A stretch of 64,000 bases of DNA, taken from IMG/VR virus record IMGVR_UViG_3300027159_000392; one strand, written 5' to 3'. The position numbers and the translations under genes were made by a program. Below the pieces are notes generated by a model. That model had not been told where the DNA came from, ran no database searches, and saw only the letters and a program-made list of their open reading frames with translations. Source of the stretch: an uncultured virus (IMG/VR IMGVR_UViG_3300027159_000392). Taxonomy: Duplodnaviria; Heunggongvirae; Uroviricota; Caudoviricetes. Shown here piece by piece: positions 40,201-49,542 of the stretch. Each line of letters opens with the position of its first letter. The first letter of the stretch is position 1.

Positions 40201-41268
40201 GCTATTGGTTCAGTTATTCCTGTGGTAGGTACAGCTGTAGGCGCAGCTGTTGGTGGAGCAATAGGGTTAATATCAGAAGGGTTTAAAGTATTCTCAGACC
40301 CTAATTCTACACTTAGAAAAGGAGTAAGCGAGTTTGCAACTGCTACTTGGGATAAAGCTAAGGAGATAGGTAATAAAGTTAAAGAAGGTGCCATTATGGT
40401 AGGCGCCAAAATTAAAGACTTTGCTGTAGGTGTTAAAGACAAAGCTGTTGAAGTAGCAGGTAGAATGAAAGACTTTGCGGTCGGAGTAAAAGATAAAGCA
40501 TTTGCATTTGCCTCATCTGTCGGAGAAGGTATATCTAACTTTGCAACTTCAGCAAAAGACAAAGCAGTCGAATTAGCCAGTGCAGTAGGTGAAGGTATAT
40601 CTAACTTTGCAACTTCAGCAAAAGAAAAGATTGGAGCATTTGCCAGTACTGTAGGTGCAGGAGTAGCTAATTTTGCTAGTACTGCTAGAGACAAAATCGC
40701 AGGTTTTGCTTCATCTATAGGAGAAGGCGCATCTAAAGTTGCTAGTAAGATAGGAGACTTCATATCAGAAAGTGGAGGTTTTGCAAATGCAGTCGGAGCA
40801 GCCGCTCGTGGATTAGCTTCTAAAGCTAAAGATATGCTAGGTAGTGCATGGAAAGGTGTTAAAAACTTTGTCGGAATGGGTGATAAAACTAAATCAGCAT
40901 CCCCAGAGATCAAACAGAAAGAAATTAAAAAGGTTACTGCACCGTTAATGCAAATGTCTAAAGATCAAGCTAAGACATTCACTACAGCTATTAATACTGC
41001 GATAGAAAAGAGTACTAAAGGTACTGTTAAAGCGATGGATAGTTTAGGAGATGTATTAGAAAATCCTTTAGGAGAAAATGCAAAAGCAGCAAACAACCAA
41101 TTAGTAGAGCTAAAGAAATTAAAAGAATCAAGTGATAAGCAACATTCAAAAGAATTACTAGAACTTAGAAATCAAACATTACTACTATATCAATACATAA
41201 AATCACCGCAGAAAAATATAATAAAAATGAACACTTTCAAAGTCGGTCAATCATTAACAAGAGTATAA
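37234..41268 (+). CDS. Tail tape measure protein
   Basis: 1344 aa, Ala/Gly/Lys-rich and helical; GKQLNLNKLREAAL.G; GAAIGSVIPVVGTAVGAAVGG; position after the chaperone gene. Confidence 0.85.
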   Translation: MAEEKDPLQGNEGATQARIDQLKMINREGAQAKAALEGLAGAFKNLGAADAVFAERAVKSSNEIAGQVKNFSKSYKDNIDLAKKLSGFTTNQLKDTKTRNAFEKQVLKAEAEQASVQAQKAELAERAEVLGRELYANEVSLLEQIKQVVLAEEQVIAAKQQQKDISKDAEAQRKTASDAAFESQKKSEDLSKQIALLSSKEGLKAFEQSKGAKATQGELVKIINQKKAQLAAEQDNIKAQSEQMEAAEKMKTDASNVVKSAEDKLKVEKAVAEALEEQQEDLSAQVITTDMMVENLSKAAQEIENGLNYAQGLSTEIEKVNNATPKFIEAFEKFGAAASGIPIIGSAISFLTGGISEASKKFKTLKAEGKGAGEAVRKAFGGFVFAGLTAALTAFISLAVDGAKKSSEAVVTLNKSVAGSMVNMQAQMSRVSAAAGKFSVPLNEAAATIAGINDSLGTSLDFTKETTEQAIKLANKYGVSVDAVAHIVKNSAANKKTMTETVDAVTAGVARFNEMNNVSISTKAIFEDIGKASATTLRGIGKQPGALAAAAAAARSLGMSMEDIRAASESTTDFQKSLTDEMTTEMMLGKQLNLNKLREAALTGNVTTQAEEMKRLVMENQGRIGNNVKLQEQFAATLGITRDQYNDIIKNGEALSTLTEKSGAAEEANGKARKMSQEDIAKSVEKTTGKLTSLGDKIAKFQENMALGANSFASDIIDGFDDGFMAGMSNIGSMMWDEISKAFEEGFDYFKSGSNVGRFLGVLAVGGGAAITFKAAKGVFSGIKSFLGLGSNKPTGSAMDPIHTVSGGMNAGDLTQSLGKAGFFKQVKTLFKKPQVFFRALKMKGGFLGKQIGRFGTMFSKMKLPNLTKIFSKIKLPNLGNIFSKLKFPSGAASGILKTVGGKILAPLELAMGAFKGVNQVKDLTAEQKKEQGIREDMGVVEAGVLGALTGGAEKGSMFSEKLGIEKGGAGDEALGIASAGARGAMTGAAIGSVIPVVGTAVGAAVGGAIGLISEGFKVFSDPNSTLRKGVSEFATATWDKAKEIGNKVKEGAIMVGAKIKDFAVGVKDKAVEVAGRMKDFAVGVKDKAFAFASSVGEGISNFATSAKDKAVELASAVGEGISNFATSAKEKIGAFASTVGAGVANFASTARDKIAGFASSIGEGASKVASKIGDFISESGGFANAVGAAARGLASKAKDMLGSAWKGVKNFVGMGDKTKSASPEIKQKEIKKVTAPLMQMSKDQAKTFTTAINTAIEKSTKGTVKAMDSLGDVLENPLGENAKAANNQLVELKKLKESSDKQHSKELLELRNQTLLLYQYIKSPQKNIIKMNTFKVGQSLTRV
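40525..40625 (+). repeat. Exact 35-nt direct repeat (66-nt period) in the 11/22-aa periodic part of the tape measure gene
   Basis: gaaggtatatctaactttgcaacttcagcaaaaga at 40525-40559 and 40591-40625. Confidence 0.9.
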
Positions 41269-41307
41269 ACTATTTATAAGTATATTAACAATTAAAACTA
41301 AACAACT

Positions 41308-41496
41308 ATGGCACTTATTGATTCATTAGCAACAACAACTTTAGGTCTTGGAGGAGCACAACCAGCATTAAGAGCAGGAGCATCCGCTGATACAACTAAA
41401 GTACATGTTGACGGAGGAAATATCGCTGCAGGTTCTTCAGCTATCGATTTAGATGGAGCAACACCAGCAAAGTACTTGGATAATCCTCCTACGTAA
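41308..41496 (+). CDS. Small putative virion protein
   Basis: 62 aa, preceded by TATTTATA at 41271; ends DLDGATP.KYLDNPP. Confidence 0.55.
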   Translation: MALIDSLATTTLGLGGAQPALRAGASADTTKVHVDGGNIAAGSSAIDLDGATPAKYLDNPPT

Positions 41497-41501
41497 TATT
41501 T

Positions 41502-42746
41502 ATGGCATTAACAGATCTAAAAACTGATCTAAAGTCTTTAAAATTTGAGAGCGGTTTAAATCGTAAACCTCTTATTGTAAAAGATATAGATAAAGAAGGC
41601 GGAAGAAATTCCGGCTTAGCTGTACAAGGTATCCTCGCTGCAAAGCGATTAGACGATACTATACGTATGGCTAAACTTGTTATTGCTAAACCCGGGATAA
41701 CCCACGTAGTAAAACAAGCCTTAACTGGATTTATTAGTGCTGTAGATAAAAAAGCATTATATAAAGGAACTGCCGCATTAGGTAAGGAACTTTTAGACGA
41801 AGGTAAAGACATACTTTTAACTGCTTTAACAAATATAGGACAAACACCTTTAAATGGTTTAGGTTTACATCTATATAAAGGAAGTAAAGAGTTTGGAGGA
41901 GTTGATGTTAGAGACTACATAAAAAGAACTTATACAAATGAGTATAATAGTAAAGCTGGAAAACGAATAATACAATCAGGTCATTCCAATGCACTTTCAG
42001 CAGGTATTAAAAAAAGTAAAAAGTTACCCTTATCTGAAACCGATTCCGATAAAGCTAAATATGGTAGAATAAACTATACAAGTGAAATAGGTAATTCTGT
42101 TAATACTGCAGATCCAATTAATGCTCTCAAAATTAGCAGAGGAGAATCAATACCTTCTGTTTTTGATGACCAAATGGATTTAATTCCTTTCGGATTTTCA
42201 GTATATGACCAAGAAACTCCTATTAATATTAGATTTAGAGCTTTCTTAGATAGCTTTTCAGATACCTTTACAGGTAATTGGAATAGTACAAGGTACTTAG
42301 GTAATCCTCAACAATTTAGAACATACGACGGATTTGATCGTCAACTTTCTATGGGATTCAAAATAGCTGCATTAACTAGAGAAGAGCTAATACCTATTTA
42401 CAGGAAACTTAATGTACTTGTATCTACTACAGCTCCTAATTATGACATCGATGGGTTATTTATGAGAGGTACTTGGTGTAAGATAACTGTTGGGGACTAC
42501 CTAAAACAGACTCCTTGTACTATATCATCTGTCGGTCTGAGTTGGCAGCAAGATTATCCTTGGGAGATAAAACAAGATAAAGACGAGGATGATGTTATGA
42601 TAGTACCTCACGTATTAGATGTTAATCTATCTGCTGTATTAGAACATAACTTTATCCCTCAAGCCGGTGTAATACCGTTTATAGGTGATCATACAAATAA
42701 AGACTTTATTAACTCAGAAGATGGGCAACCAGAAAGCGGCTTTTAA
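41502..42746 (+). CDS. Putative baseplate/tail-tube initiator protein
   Basis: C-terminal FRAFLDSFSD.F.GNW...Y.G......Y.GF.R.LS.GFKI pattern; position after the tape measure gene. Confidence 0.5.
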   Translation: MALTDLKTDLKSLKFESGLNRKPLIVKDIDKEGGRNSGLAVQGILAAKRLDDTIRMAKLVIAKPGITHVVKQALTGFISAVDKKALYKGTAALGKELLDEGKDILLTALTNIGQTPLNGLGLHLYKGSKEFGGVDVRDYIKRTYTNEYNSKAGKRIIQSGHSNALSAGIKKSKKLPLSETDSDKAKYGRINYTSEIGNSVNTADPINALKISRGESIPSVFDDQMDLIPFGFSVYDQETPINIRFRAFLDSFSDTFTGNWNSTRYLGNPQQFRTYDGFDRQLSMGFKIAALTREELIPIYRKLNVLVSTTAPNYDIDGLFMRGTWCKITVGDYLKQTPCTISSVGLSWQQDYPWEIKQDKDEDDVMIVPHVLDVNLSAVLEHNFIPQAGVIPFIGDHTNKDFINSEDGQPESGF

Positions 42747-42756
42747 TTAATCTCTA

Positions 42757-43062
42757 ATGAACAGATACACGACAATAGAACAATCTAAGACATCTGAAGG
42801 TACGAGATATATACAAAACTCTATTTACCCAGATATACCTGAAACTGTAGATGATATTTACGTTATTACTACTGTCGGAGATCGATATGATATATTAGCA
42901 AAACAATTTTATAGAGATGCATCACTATGGTGGATAATAGCTTCTGCTAATCCTATAAACACATCAGATTCTTTAGTACCAACCCCAGGAGAACAGTTAA
43001 GAATACCAGCAAATCCAAATGAGATTATATCAAAATATGAGCAGCTAAATAAAAAAAGATAA
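42757..43062 (+). CDS. LysM-like baseplate protein (tail X/gp53-like)
   Basis: GDRYDILAKQFYRDASLWWIIASAN...PGEQLRIP. Confidence 0.75.
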   Translation: MNRYTTIEQSKTSEGTRYIQNSIYPDIPETVDDIYVITTVGDRYDILAKQFYRDASLWWIIASANPINTSDSLVPTPGEQLRIPANPNEIISKYEQLNKKR

Positions 43063-43065
43063 GTT

Positions 43066-45216
43066 ATGTCAGATAGTGTTTTTAATAAAACCCCTATAAC
43101 AGGATTAACACCGGTTGACGGAACTGTTAGAGACCAGTTAAAAGTCAGAGGTGAACTACACGGTAAAACTTTTGAGGACCCAGATTTTACTCAACATTAC
43201 ATCCATACCAATTACGCTTTCATAAAAGTATCATCCGGTATAGATATAACTAAAAAATCCGATGCTGCAAAACAATACCAACTTTTAGGTGGAACTTTAG
43301 TCAGAACAAAAGGAGCAGACGATAAATTATCAGCAGGAAAAGCCCGTAAAGGTATTAACTTCAAAGGAGAAGACTTTGAAACTTCAGACAATGCATACAC
43401 ATTTCAAAAAGAGGGAATAGTACCTCAACCCGGTATTACTTCCTTTGATATTCAAACTCAAGGAGCAGAAGGTTTATTAAGAATGGTTGATTTAAATATT
43501 AAATGTTTCTCTGTGGAACATTTTAGTGTATTAGAAAAACTATATATGAGACCAGGGTTCAAACTTCTTTTTGAATGGGGACATTCAGTTTATGTTGACA
43601 ATAGCGGGGGTAAAGTATATACCCCAAAAACTATTTCAGATGATATTGTATTCGGCAAAGAAAAACCAATAGCTAAAATAAAAGAAGCAGGAGGACAGTT
43701 AATATATGACTCTCAACATAACTACGATTATATGATTGGGACTATAATGAACTATGAATGGGGGTATGACAATGGAGAGTACAATATAACTGTTCAAGCA
43801 TTGGGAATGGGAGGATTATCAGAAACCCAAGCTCGTATGTTTAAAGTAGGTACAGATAAAGATACAAATCCTGACGGCGAAGCAGATAAAGGACTAGAAT
43901 TTGATAATGCAGATAAATTAGAAGGTTCTTTTACTACCATATTAAAAACTATTACAGAAACAGCTGGTAGAGGAAGACAGTCAGAAGACAAACTAATCCC
44001 TATAAAAGCAGACCAAGAAAGAATAGATAAAGGTTTAAAGAAAAGAAAAGTCAAAAAATTTGTTGATGATATATGCTCACAGATTGGAGATGGATTTAAA
44101 TTAGAAGTATATAAATTAGATTTCAAGCAATCTGAAAATTTAAAATTTACTTATATTCCTTTTAGATTTATTTTTGGATGTATGAATTATTTTTTCTTAC
44201 CAAAGTACGAAGGAGAGAAAGATCCAGAAGGAAAGTTTTGTGTAAAAAGCGAAAGAAACCTATACGTAACATATGATGATCACTACAGCGTAGATCCTCA
44301 TGTATGTTTACTACCAGGACAGAGCGCTTCTACTCCTATAGAAACTGCTGCACTGAGTGGATTTAGAGATACATCAGCTTTTAAAGGGGACTTACTAGAT
44401 GTATGGATTAATACAGAATACGTATACAACGTAGCAAAAGATATCCAAAAAGATCCTGATGCTAAACCCACAATCGCTACTTTTTTAGATGTATTATTAC
44501 TTGGTCTTCGAACTGCAATGGGAGGTGTAAATGATTTTACTCTATATAACGATTTTTATTTAGATAAAGAATTAGGACCTACGTCAGTAAGAGACAGACA
44601 ATTACCAATAGATTCTTCTATAAAAGATCAAGAAACAATATTACAAGCTTTAGGAAAAAAGTCTTATGTTCAGTCATTTAGTTTTAACACAAGTATCGAT
44701 CAAGCTACTTTAAACGCAATGACTACTCAAGCTGTTCTTTCCGGAACAGATGCTGCTGAAAGCTTACATAGAGGAGTCTCAGCGTACAATAAAGGCATAA
44801 CAGATAGATTCGGAGAAGATAAACCGCTAGAAACAATAAGTGGACAAACTTCAGATGCACCAGCACAAAAGAAATCTGTTGAAGAACAGTATGATCAATT
44901 ATTCAGCAAAAAATCCTATATAAGGGATACGGTTGAAAAAATAAAATACGCAGCCTCTGATGACCAACAGATTAAAATATCAGAGAAACTACATAGCGAA
45001 GAGAAACACACCGGCTTCGCAATACCCGGCAATATCAGTTTAGTAATGAAAGGAATTGGAGGAGTAAAAATGCTTCAATTTTTTAAATTACCATATGATA
45101 ATTTACCTGATTCATATAAAGACGCAGAAGTAGTTTTTATGGTAACAAATATAAGCCACTCTATAGACGGAGGATCATGGATAACTAGCTTAGAAGCACA
45201 AGTACAGATAATATAA
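43066..45216 (+). CDS. Putative baseplate hub protein
   Basis: 716 aa after the LysM gene; PGITS, LYMRPG..L.FEWG, C-terminal FMVTNISHSI..GSW.T.L. Confidence 0.5.
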   Translation: MSDSVFNKTPITGLTPVDGTVRDQLKVRGELHGKTFEDPDFTQHYIHTNYAFIKVSSGIDITKKSDAAKQYQLLGGTLVRTKGADDKLSAGKARKGINFKGEDFETSDNAYTFQKEGIVPQPGITSFDIQTQGAEGLLRMVDLNIKCFSVEHFSVLEKLYMRPGFKLLFEWGHSVYVDNSGGKVYTPKTISDDIVFGKEKPIAKIKEAGGQLIYDSQHNYDYMIGTIMNYEWGYDNGEYNITVQALGMGGLSETQARMFKVGTDKDTNPDGEADKGLEFDNADKLEGSFTTILKTITETAGRGRQSEDKLIPIKADQERIDKGLKKRKVKKFVDDICSQIGDGFKLEVYKLDFKQSENLKFTYIPFRFIFGCMNYFFLPKYEGEKDPEGKFCVKSERNLYVTYDDHYSVDPHVCLLPGQSASTPIETAALSGFRDTSAFKGDLLDVWINTEYVYNVAKDIQKDPDAKPTIATFLDVLLLGLRTAMGGVNDFTLYNDFYLDKELGPTSVRDRQLPIDSSIKDQETILQALGKKSYVQSFSFNTSIDQATLNAMTTQAVLSGTDAAESLHRGVSAYNKGITDRFGEDKPLETISGQTSDAPAQKKSVEEQYDQLFSKKSYIRDTVEKIKYAASDDQQIKISEKLHSEEKHTGFAIPGNISLVMKGIGGVKMLQFFKLPYDNLPDSYKDAEVVFMVTNISHSIDGGSWITSLEAQVQII

Positions 45217-45749
45217 TGTTTTTACCAAAATCAAAATATAAAGGACCATTTACAGCAACAGGAGGAGATGAAGAACTTTTGGTCAAGTCTACTCTAAAGC
45301 CGTATAGAGGGGAATATATAATTACGTACAAGAATCAATACTTCAACGGTGCAACACCTCAAGAGGCTAAGTATGAGTTAATTCTTAAAAAAGTTCATTT
45401 AGAAAAAGAAGAGAATAAAAATAAACATATAGGACCGTTACAAGCATTTATTGAACCTAAAGAAGCAGATTATAAGAATAAATTTTTTACTCGACATTTT
45501 GCTAAAGATTTAAGGTCTGAAAGGATTATGGAAATCACTTCAGAAGAAGTTAACAGACTTAAAAAAATACCAGGAAGTATTACAGTATCTTTAGAATGGT
45601 ACTTAGAAGGTCCCTCAGAAAATACAGAATATAGAGGGTATATGTACCTTGGTGCTAAACATAGAAATGCTAAATCAGTAGCAGCAGCTACCAATACTAT
45701 TAAAGGTTTAGATAAGTATATCAAAGATTTAGGTAAATTCGTTAAGTAA
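45216..45749 (+). CDS. Hypothetical protein
   Basis: 177-aa ORF coupled to the hub gene. Confidence 0.55.
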   Translation: MFLPKSKYKGPFTATGGDEELLVKSTLKPYRGEYIITYKNQYFNGATPQEAKYELILKKVHLEKEENKNKHIGPLQAFIEPKEADYKNKFFTRHFAKDLRSERIMEITSEEVNRLKKIPGSITVSLEWYLEGPSENTEYRGYMYLGAKHRNAKSVAAATNTIKGLDKYIKDLGKFVK

Positions 45750-45752
45750 AAG

Positions 45753-45781
45753 TTGTCTCTTACCTTTTAAATGCTTATATT
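45753..45781 (+). promoter_or_regulatory. TTG-N20-TATATT promoter at the start of the replication module
   Basis: TTG at 45753, TATATT at 45776; the same spacing occurs at eight other sites. Confidence 0.65.
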
Positions 45782-45807
45782 TAAGTATAATTAAAGGTTA
45801 TACACAA

Positions 45808-47133
45808 GTGTTTTATATAGTAGAAGAAGAGAGTAAATTACAGTCAATAGAGAATCTAGTTAGATTAGGTTGCTACGTAAATGTAGTATCAACTAATGAC
45901 TTATACCATCCAAAGCTTACTTCATCAATAGCAGTCTACATAAGATTACTGAAATCCGATTACGGATACATCATTCCTATAGATCACCCAGAAGGATTAA
46001 ACGTAGATAAAGAACGGGTCTACCAACTTCTTCTGAAAGCAAACACACTGTATACATTAAATAAGAAAGAGCTGCTCTATCACTTTAATCTACAGGAAGC
46101 TATAGATATTTCATTGCTTTATGCTATGACAAAATACGATAAGTTAGAGTACACTAAAGAGAATAGCTCACTAAACTACTTTTATAATAAATTTCAGAAA
46201 CATAAAGAGGTAAATAAGTTAATTCCTATTTCTAAGCTTTACGAAGCTAATGAAAATATATATAAGCAAATTAAACCAGTATTGAATATTGCAATACCTA
46301 ATGGCTTTGATTTTTATAATAAAACTGCTACTAATGTTTTCTATTTACTAGAGCACGGAGGTTTAGGAGTATATTATGATGAGTTTAATAAAATATTTAC
46401 CCCTAGAAACCCACTATACAACACAGATAATAACACAGTACTAACTTCATACAATTTATACAATGCTACTTCTAGACCTACTAATGCTTTTAATTCTGTT
46501 AATTTTGCTGCTATACCTAAGACTCCCGAGCATAGAAAGACCTTTCGACCGACCGGTGATTACTTTGTTGAGTTTGATTTTGACGGTTATCATTTGCGCT
46601 TACTTTGTGAGCAAATTGGGTATAAACTTACCGAAGCATCAGCTCATAAGCAACTAGCTACCCAATACTTTAATAAAGAACATATAACAGAAGAAGAATA
46701 TGACCAAGCTAAACAAATTAACTTTCACGCAATTTATGGAAAGATACCAGAAAAGTATGCTTTCCTTGAAATCTTTACAAGAATTGATGATTATATCAAA
46801 GAGTTATGGAAACGATACAAAGATGACGGAGAAGTCCTGGCACCAATTAGTGGAAAGCCTTTCACAAGCTCGCTCAAGGGAATGAACCCACAGAAGTTAA
46901 TGAATTATGTTATGCAATCATTAGAAACTTCTAGAAATATTAATATACTTAAAGCAGTCTTTAAATACCTACAGGGTAAAAAATCTAAAGCTGTACTTTA
47001 TACATACGATTCAATTCTTTTCGACTTTTCTAAGGAAGACGGAAAGGACCTATTAAACGACTTAGAACAAATACTATCTGAAAACGGGAAATACCCAGTA
47101 AAATTCAAGTTCTCAAAGAATCTGGTTTTATGA
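45808..47133 (+). CDS. Atypical, short family A DNA polymerase-like protein
   Basis: GTG start; TSRP.N..N.VNFAAIPK; motif A EFDFDGYHLRLL; motif B AKQINFHAIYG; motif C YTYDSILFD. Confidence 0.75.
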   Translation: MFYIVEEESKLQSIENLVRLGCYVNVVSTNDLYHPKLTSSIAVYIRLLKSDYGYIIPIDHPEGLNVDKERVYQLLLKANTLYTLNKKELLYHFNLQEAIDISLLYAMTKYDKLEYTKENSSLNYFYNKFQKHKEVNKLIPISKLYEANENIYKQIKPVLNIAIPNGFDFYNKTATNVFYLLEHGGLGVYYDEFNKIFTPRNPLYNTDNNTVLTSYNLYNATSRPTNAFNSVNFAAIPKTPEHRKTFRPTGDYFVEFDFDGYHLRLLCEQIGYKLTEASAHKQLATQYFNKEHITEEEYDQAKQINFHAIYGKIPEKYAFLEIFTRIDDYIKELWKRYKDDGEVLAPISGKPFTSSLKGMNPQKLMNYVMQSLETSRNINILKAVFKYLQGKKSKAVLYTYDSILFDFSKEDGKDLLNDLEQILSENGKYPVKFKFSKNLVL

Positions 47134-47155
47134 TACTAACTTATATTTATATAAA

Positions 47156-47614
47156 ATGACAAATGTTACAGAGGAGCGTCAATTCGACTACGATATTGAC
47201 GAAATTAGTTTAAACGAAGATATGAGCAACAAATTATTTTGTACTTTTTCTACAGAAGGAGAATTAGAGAGCACATTAAAAGAAATACAGGAAAGGTATA
47301 AAATCATCTATAACAAGATCTTTGTCCTATATTCAAAAAGCCAGGATGAGTACATATGTACCTATAACGTCGACTACGGCAATGTGTCTACATTTCTAGA
47401 GAATACAATACTAGTACATAGAAAGAAAGAATCAAACACACTTTACACAATCAATGCACTGAATACTCTAGTTAAGGAGTTAAATGACGGAGTATTAGAT
47501 AAAAGTTTTAGAGTTAACTGGACGGATTACAGAAATTGCATACTGTTAACCAAAGGTCCAGAATTAAAAAGAGTAAATACCAAACTTTTTCGTATAATAG
47601 AGTTGGAGAACTAA
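47156..47614 (+). CDS. Hypothetical protein
   Basis: 152-aa ORF between the PolA-like and SSB genes. Confidence 0.6.
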   Translation: MTNVTEERQFDYDIDEISLNEDMSNKLFCTFSTEGELESTLKEIQERYKIIYNKIFVLYSKSQDEYICTYNVDYGNVSTFLENTILVHRKKESNTLYTINALNTLVKELNDGVLDKSFRVNWTDYRNCILLTKGPELKRVNTKLFRIIELEN

Positions 47615-47668
47615 AAATAAGTTCTTATATTGGTATATATAGAGTTATAAATTTAATAAATTAGTTAT

Positions 47669-48466
47669 ATGGACATCAATGCAATCAAGGCTAAACTATC
47701 TGCCTTAAACAACAACGGTCAGGAAAGAGAAAAAACTGACTATTCAAAAATCTTTTGGAAACCTGAACAAGGTAAACAGACTGTACGTATTGTACCGTCT
47801 CATTTCGATCCTACTTTTCCATTTAAGGAATTAAAATTCCACTATGGTATTGGTAAGTATCCAATGGTAGCTTTATCTAACTTCGGTAAACAAGATCCAA
47901 TTGAAGAGTTCGTAAAAGAACTTAGAAAAACAAATGATAAAGACAATTGGTCATTATCTGGTAAAATTAACCCTAAGACTAGAGTATTCGCTCCTGTAAT
48001 TGTAAGAGGAGAAGAAGACAAAGGAGTTAGACTATGGGGCTTCGGAGTTACTATCTATAAAGCGTTACTTGCTTTAGCCGAAGATGAAGACGTAGGAGAT
48101 TTTACAGACGTTATTAACGGATGGGATATGGTAGTTGAACAACAACCTGGAAATCCTTACCCTACTACTTCAGTAAGAATTAAACCTAAACAAACACCGT
48201 TATCTAATGATAATGTACAAGTAGATACGTGGTTGAAAGAACAACCTAATCCGGTCGAAGTACATACTCAGTATGATTACGACTTTATTAAGAAACAACT
48301 ACAAAACTACTTAAACCCAGGTTCAGTAGAGGAGAATGCTCCAGCTGCAGGATCTGAAACACCGCCAGAAAGCTCTAGTCCTCAAAAGACTGACTTTACT
48401 TTAGAAACAGCTACTGCTGGCAATAAAGATACAGTTAGTAAATTTGACGACCTATTTAACGAGTAA
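47669..48466 (+). CDS. Single-stranded DNA-binding protein (gp32-like)
   Basis: FWKP..GKQ.VRIVP, DPI.E, GVRLWGFG, D...GWD; acidic tail FDDLFNE. Confidence 0.8.
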   Translation: MDINAIKAKLSALNNNGQEREKTDYSKIFWKPEQGKQTVRIVPSHFDPTFPFKELKFHYGIGKYPMVALSNFGKQDPIEEFVKELRKTNDKDNWSLSGKINPKTRVFAPVIVRGEEDKGVRLWGFGVTIYKALLALAEDEDVGDFTDVINGWDMVVEQQPGNPYPTTSVRIKPKQTPLSNDNVQVDTWLKEQPNPVEVHTQYDYDFIKKQLQNYLNPGSVEENAPAAGSETPPESSSPQKTDFTLETATAGNKDTVSKFDDLFNE

Positions 48467-48471
48467 TATTT

Positions 48472-49542
48472 ATGGCAAAGAAAAAAGCAGTACAAGAAGC
48501 CGCATCTGCGGCAGTCAAGAAAGGGTTTAACTTAGGAAACTTTAAGAAAAAGAAAGGATTCTCAAATGCTTCTGTTAAATTCAAGGAACAGGGATGGATT
48601 CCACTGTCGAAAGCGTTCCAAGACATAACATCTCTACCCGGTATTCCAACCGGACATATAACTCTACTAAGAGGACACAGTGATACGGGCAAAACAACTG
48701 CCCTATTAGAAGCTGCAGTTAATGCCCAGAAAAAGGGCATACTGCCTGTGTTTATTATATCAGAGATGAAATGGTCATGGGATCACGCTAAAGAGATGGG
48801 ATTACAGATTGAAGAAATCAAAGACGCTAATGGTACAGTAGTAGATTATGAAGGTCACTTTTTATATGCTGACAGAGGTTCATTAAATACTATTGAAGAA
48901 GTAGCAGTTTATATGGCTGACCTAATGGACGAACAAGCGAAAGGTAACCTACCTTATGATATGTGCTTCTTCTGGGATTCTATCGGCTCTATACCTTGTG
49001 ATTTATCAGTTCGTTCTAATAAGAATAATAACGAATGGAATGCAGGGGCTATGTCTACTCAATTTGGTAATAATCTTAATCAAAAGATACTATTATCTAG
49101 AAAAGAGAACTCACCTTATACTAACACGTTAGTTGCTATTAATAAGGTATGGACTATGAAACCAGAACACCCTATGGGTCAACCTAAATTACAGAATAAA
49201 GGAGGAATGTCAATGTGGTATGATGCTACATTAGTTGTTACTTTTGGTAATATTACTAACCCGGGTACTTCTAAGATTAAAGCTGTAAAGAACGGACTTC
49301 AAGTAGAATTCGCTAAAAGAACTAATATTCAGATAGAGAAGAACCATATTGGAGGAGTGCAGTCTAGAGGTAGAGTTGTAATGACATCGCATGGATTTAT
49401 CGAAGACGATAAAAAAGCTATTGATAAGTATAGAGATGCTCATAAAGAACACTGGTTAAAACTAGTCGGTTCCGTAGACTTTGACCTGATCGAGGAAGGA
49501 GATTTAGAAGAAACACCAATCTCTCCTAACTTACTCGATTAA
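48472..49542 (+). CDS. RecA/UvsX-like recombinase
   Basis: GIPTGHITLLRGHSDTGKT (Walker A), FFWDSIG (Walker B), KGG. Confidence 0.85.
   Translation: MAKKKAVQEAASAAVKKGFNLGNFKKKKGFSNASVKFKEQGWIPLSKAFQDITSLPGIPTGHITLLRGHSDTGKTTALLEAAVNAQKKGILPVFIISEMKWSWDHAKEMGLQIEEIKDANGTVVDYEGHFLYADRGSLNTIEEVAVYMADLMDEQAKGNLPYDMCFFWDSIGSIPCDLSVRSNKNNNEWNAGAMSTQFGNNLNQKILLSRKENSPYTNTLVAINKVWTMKPEHPMGQPKLQNKGGMSMWYDATLVVTFGNITNPGTSKIKAVKNGLQVEFAKRTNIQIEKNHIGGVQSRGRVVMTSHGFIEDDKKAIDKYRDAHKEHWLKLVGSVDFDLIEEGDLEETPISPNLLD

Noticed and set aside
39990..40913. 307-aa minus-strand ORF, and the other minus-strand ORFs in the track
   Set aside because: They are antisense shadows of Ala/Gly-rich or codon-biased plus-strand genes, with no motifs or promoters of their own.
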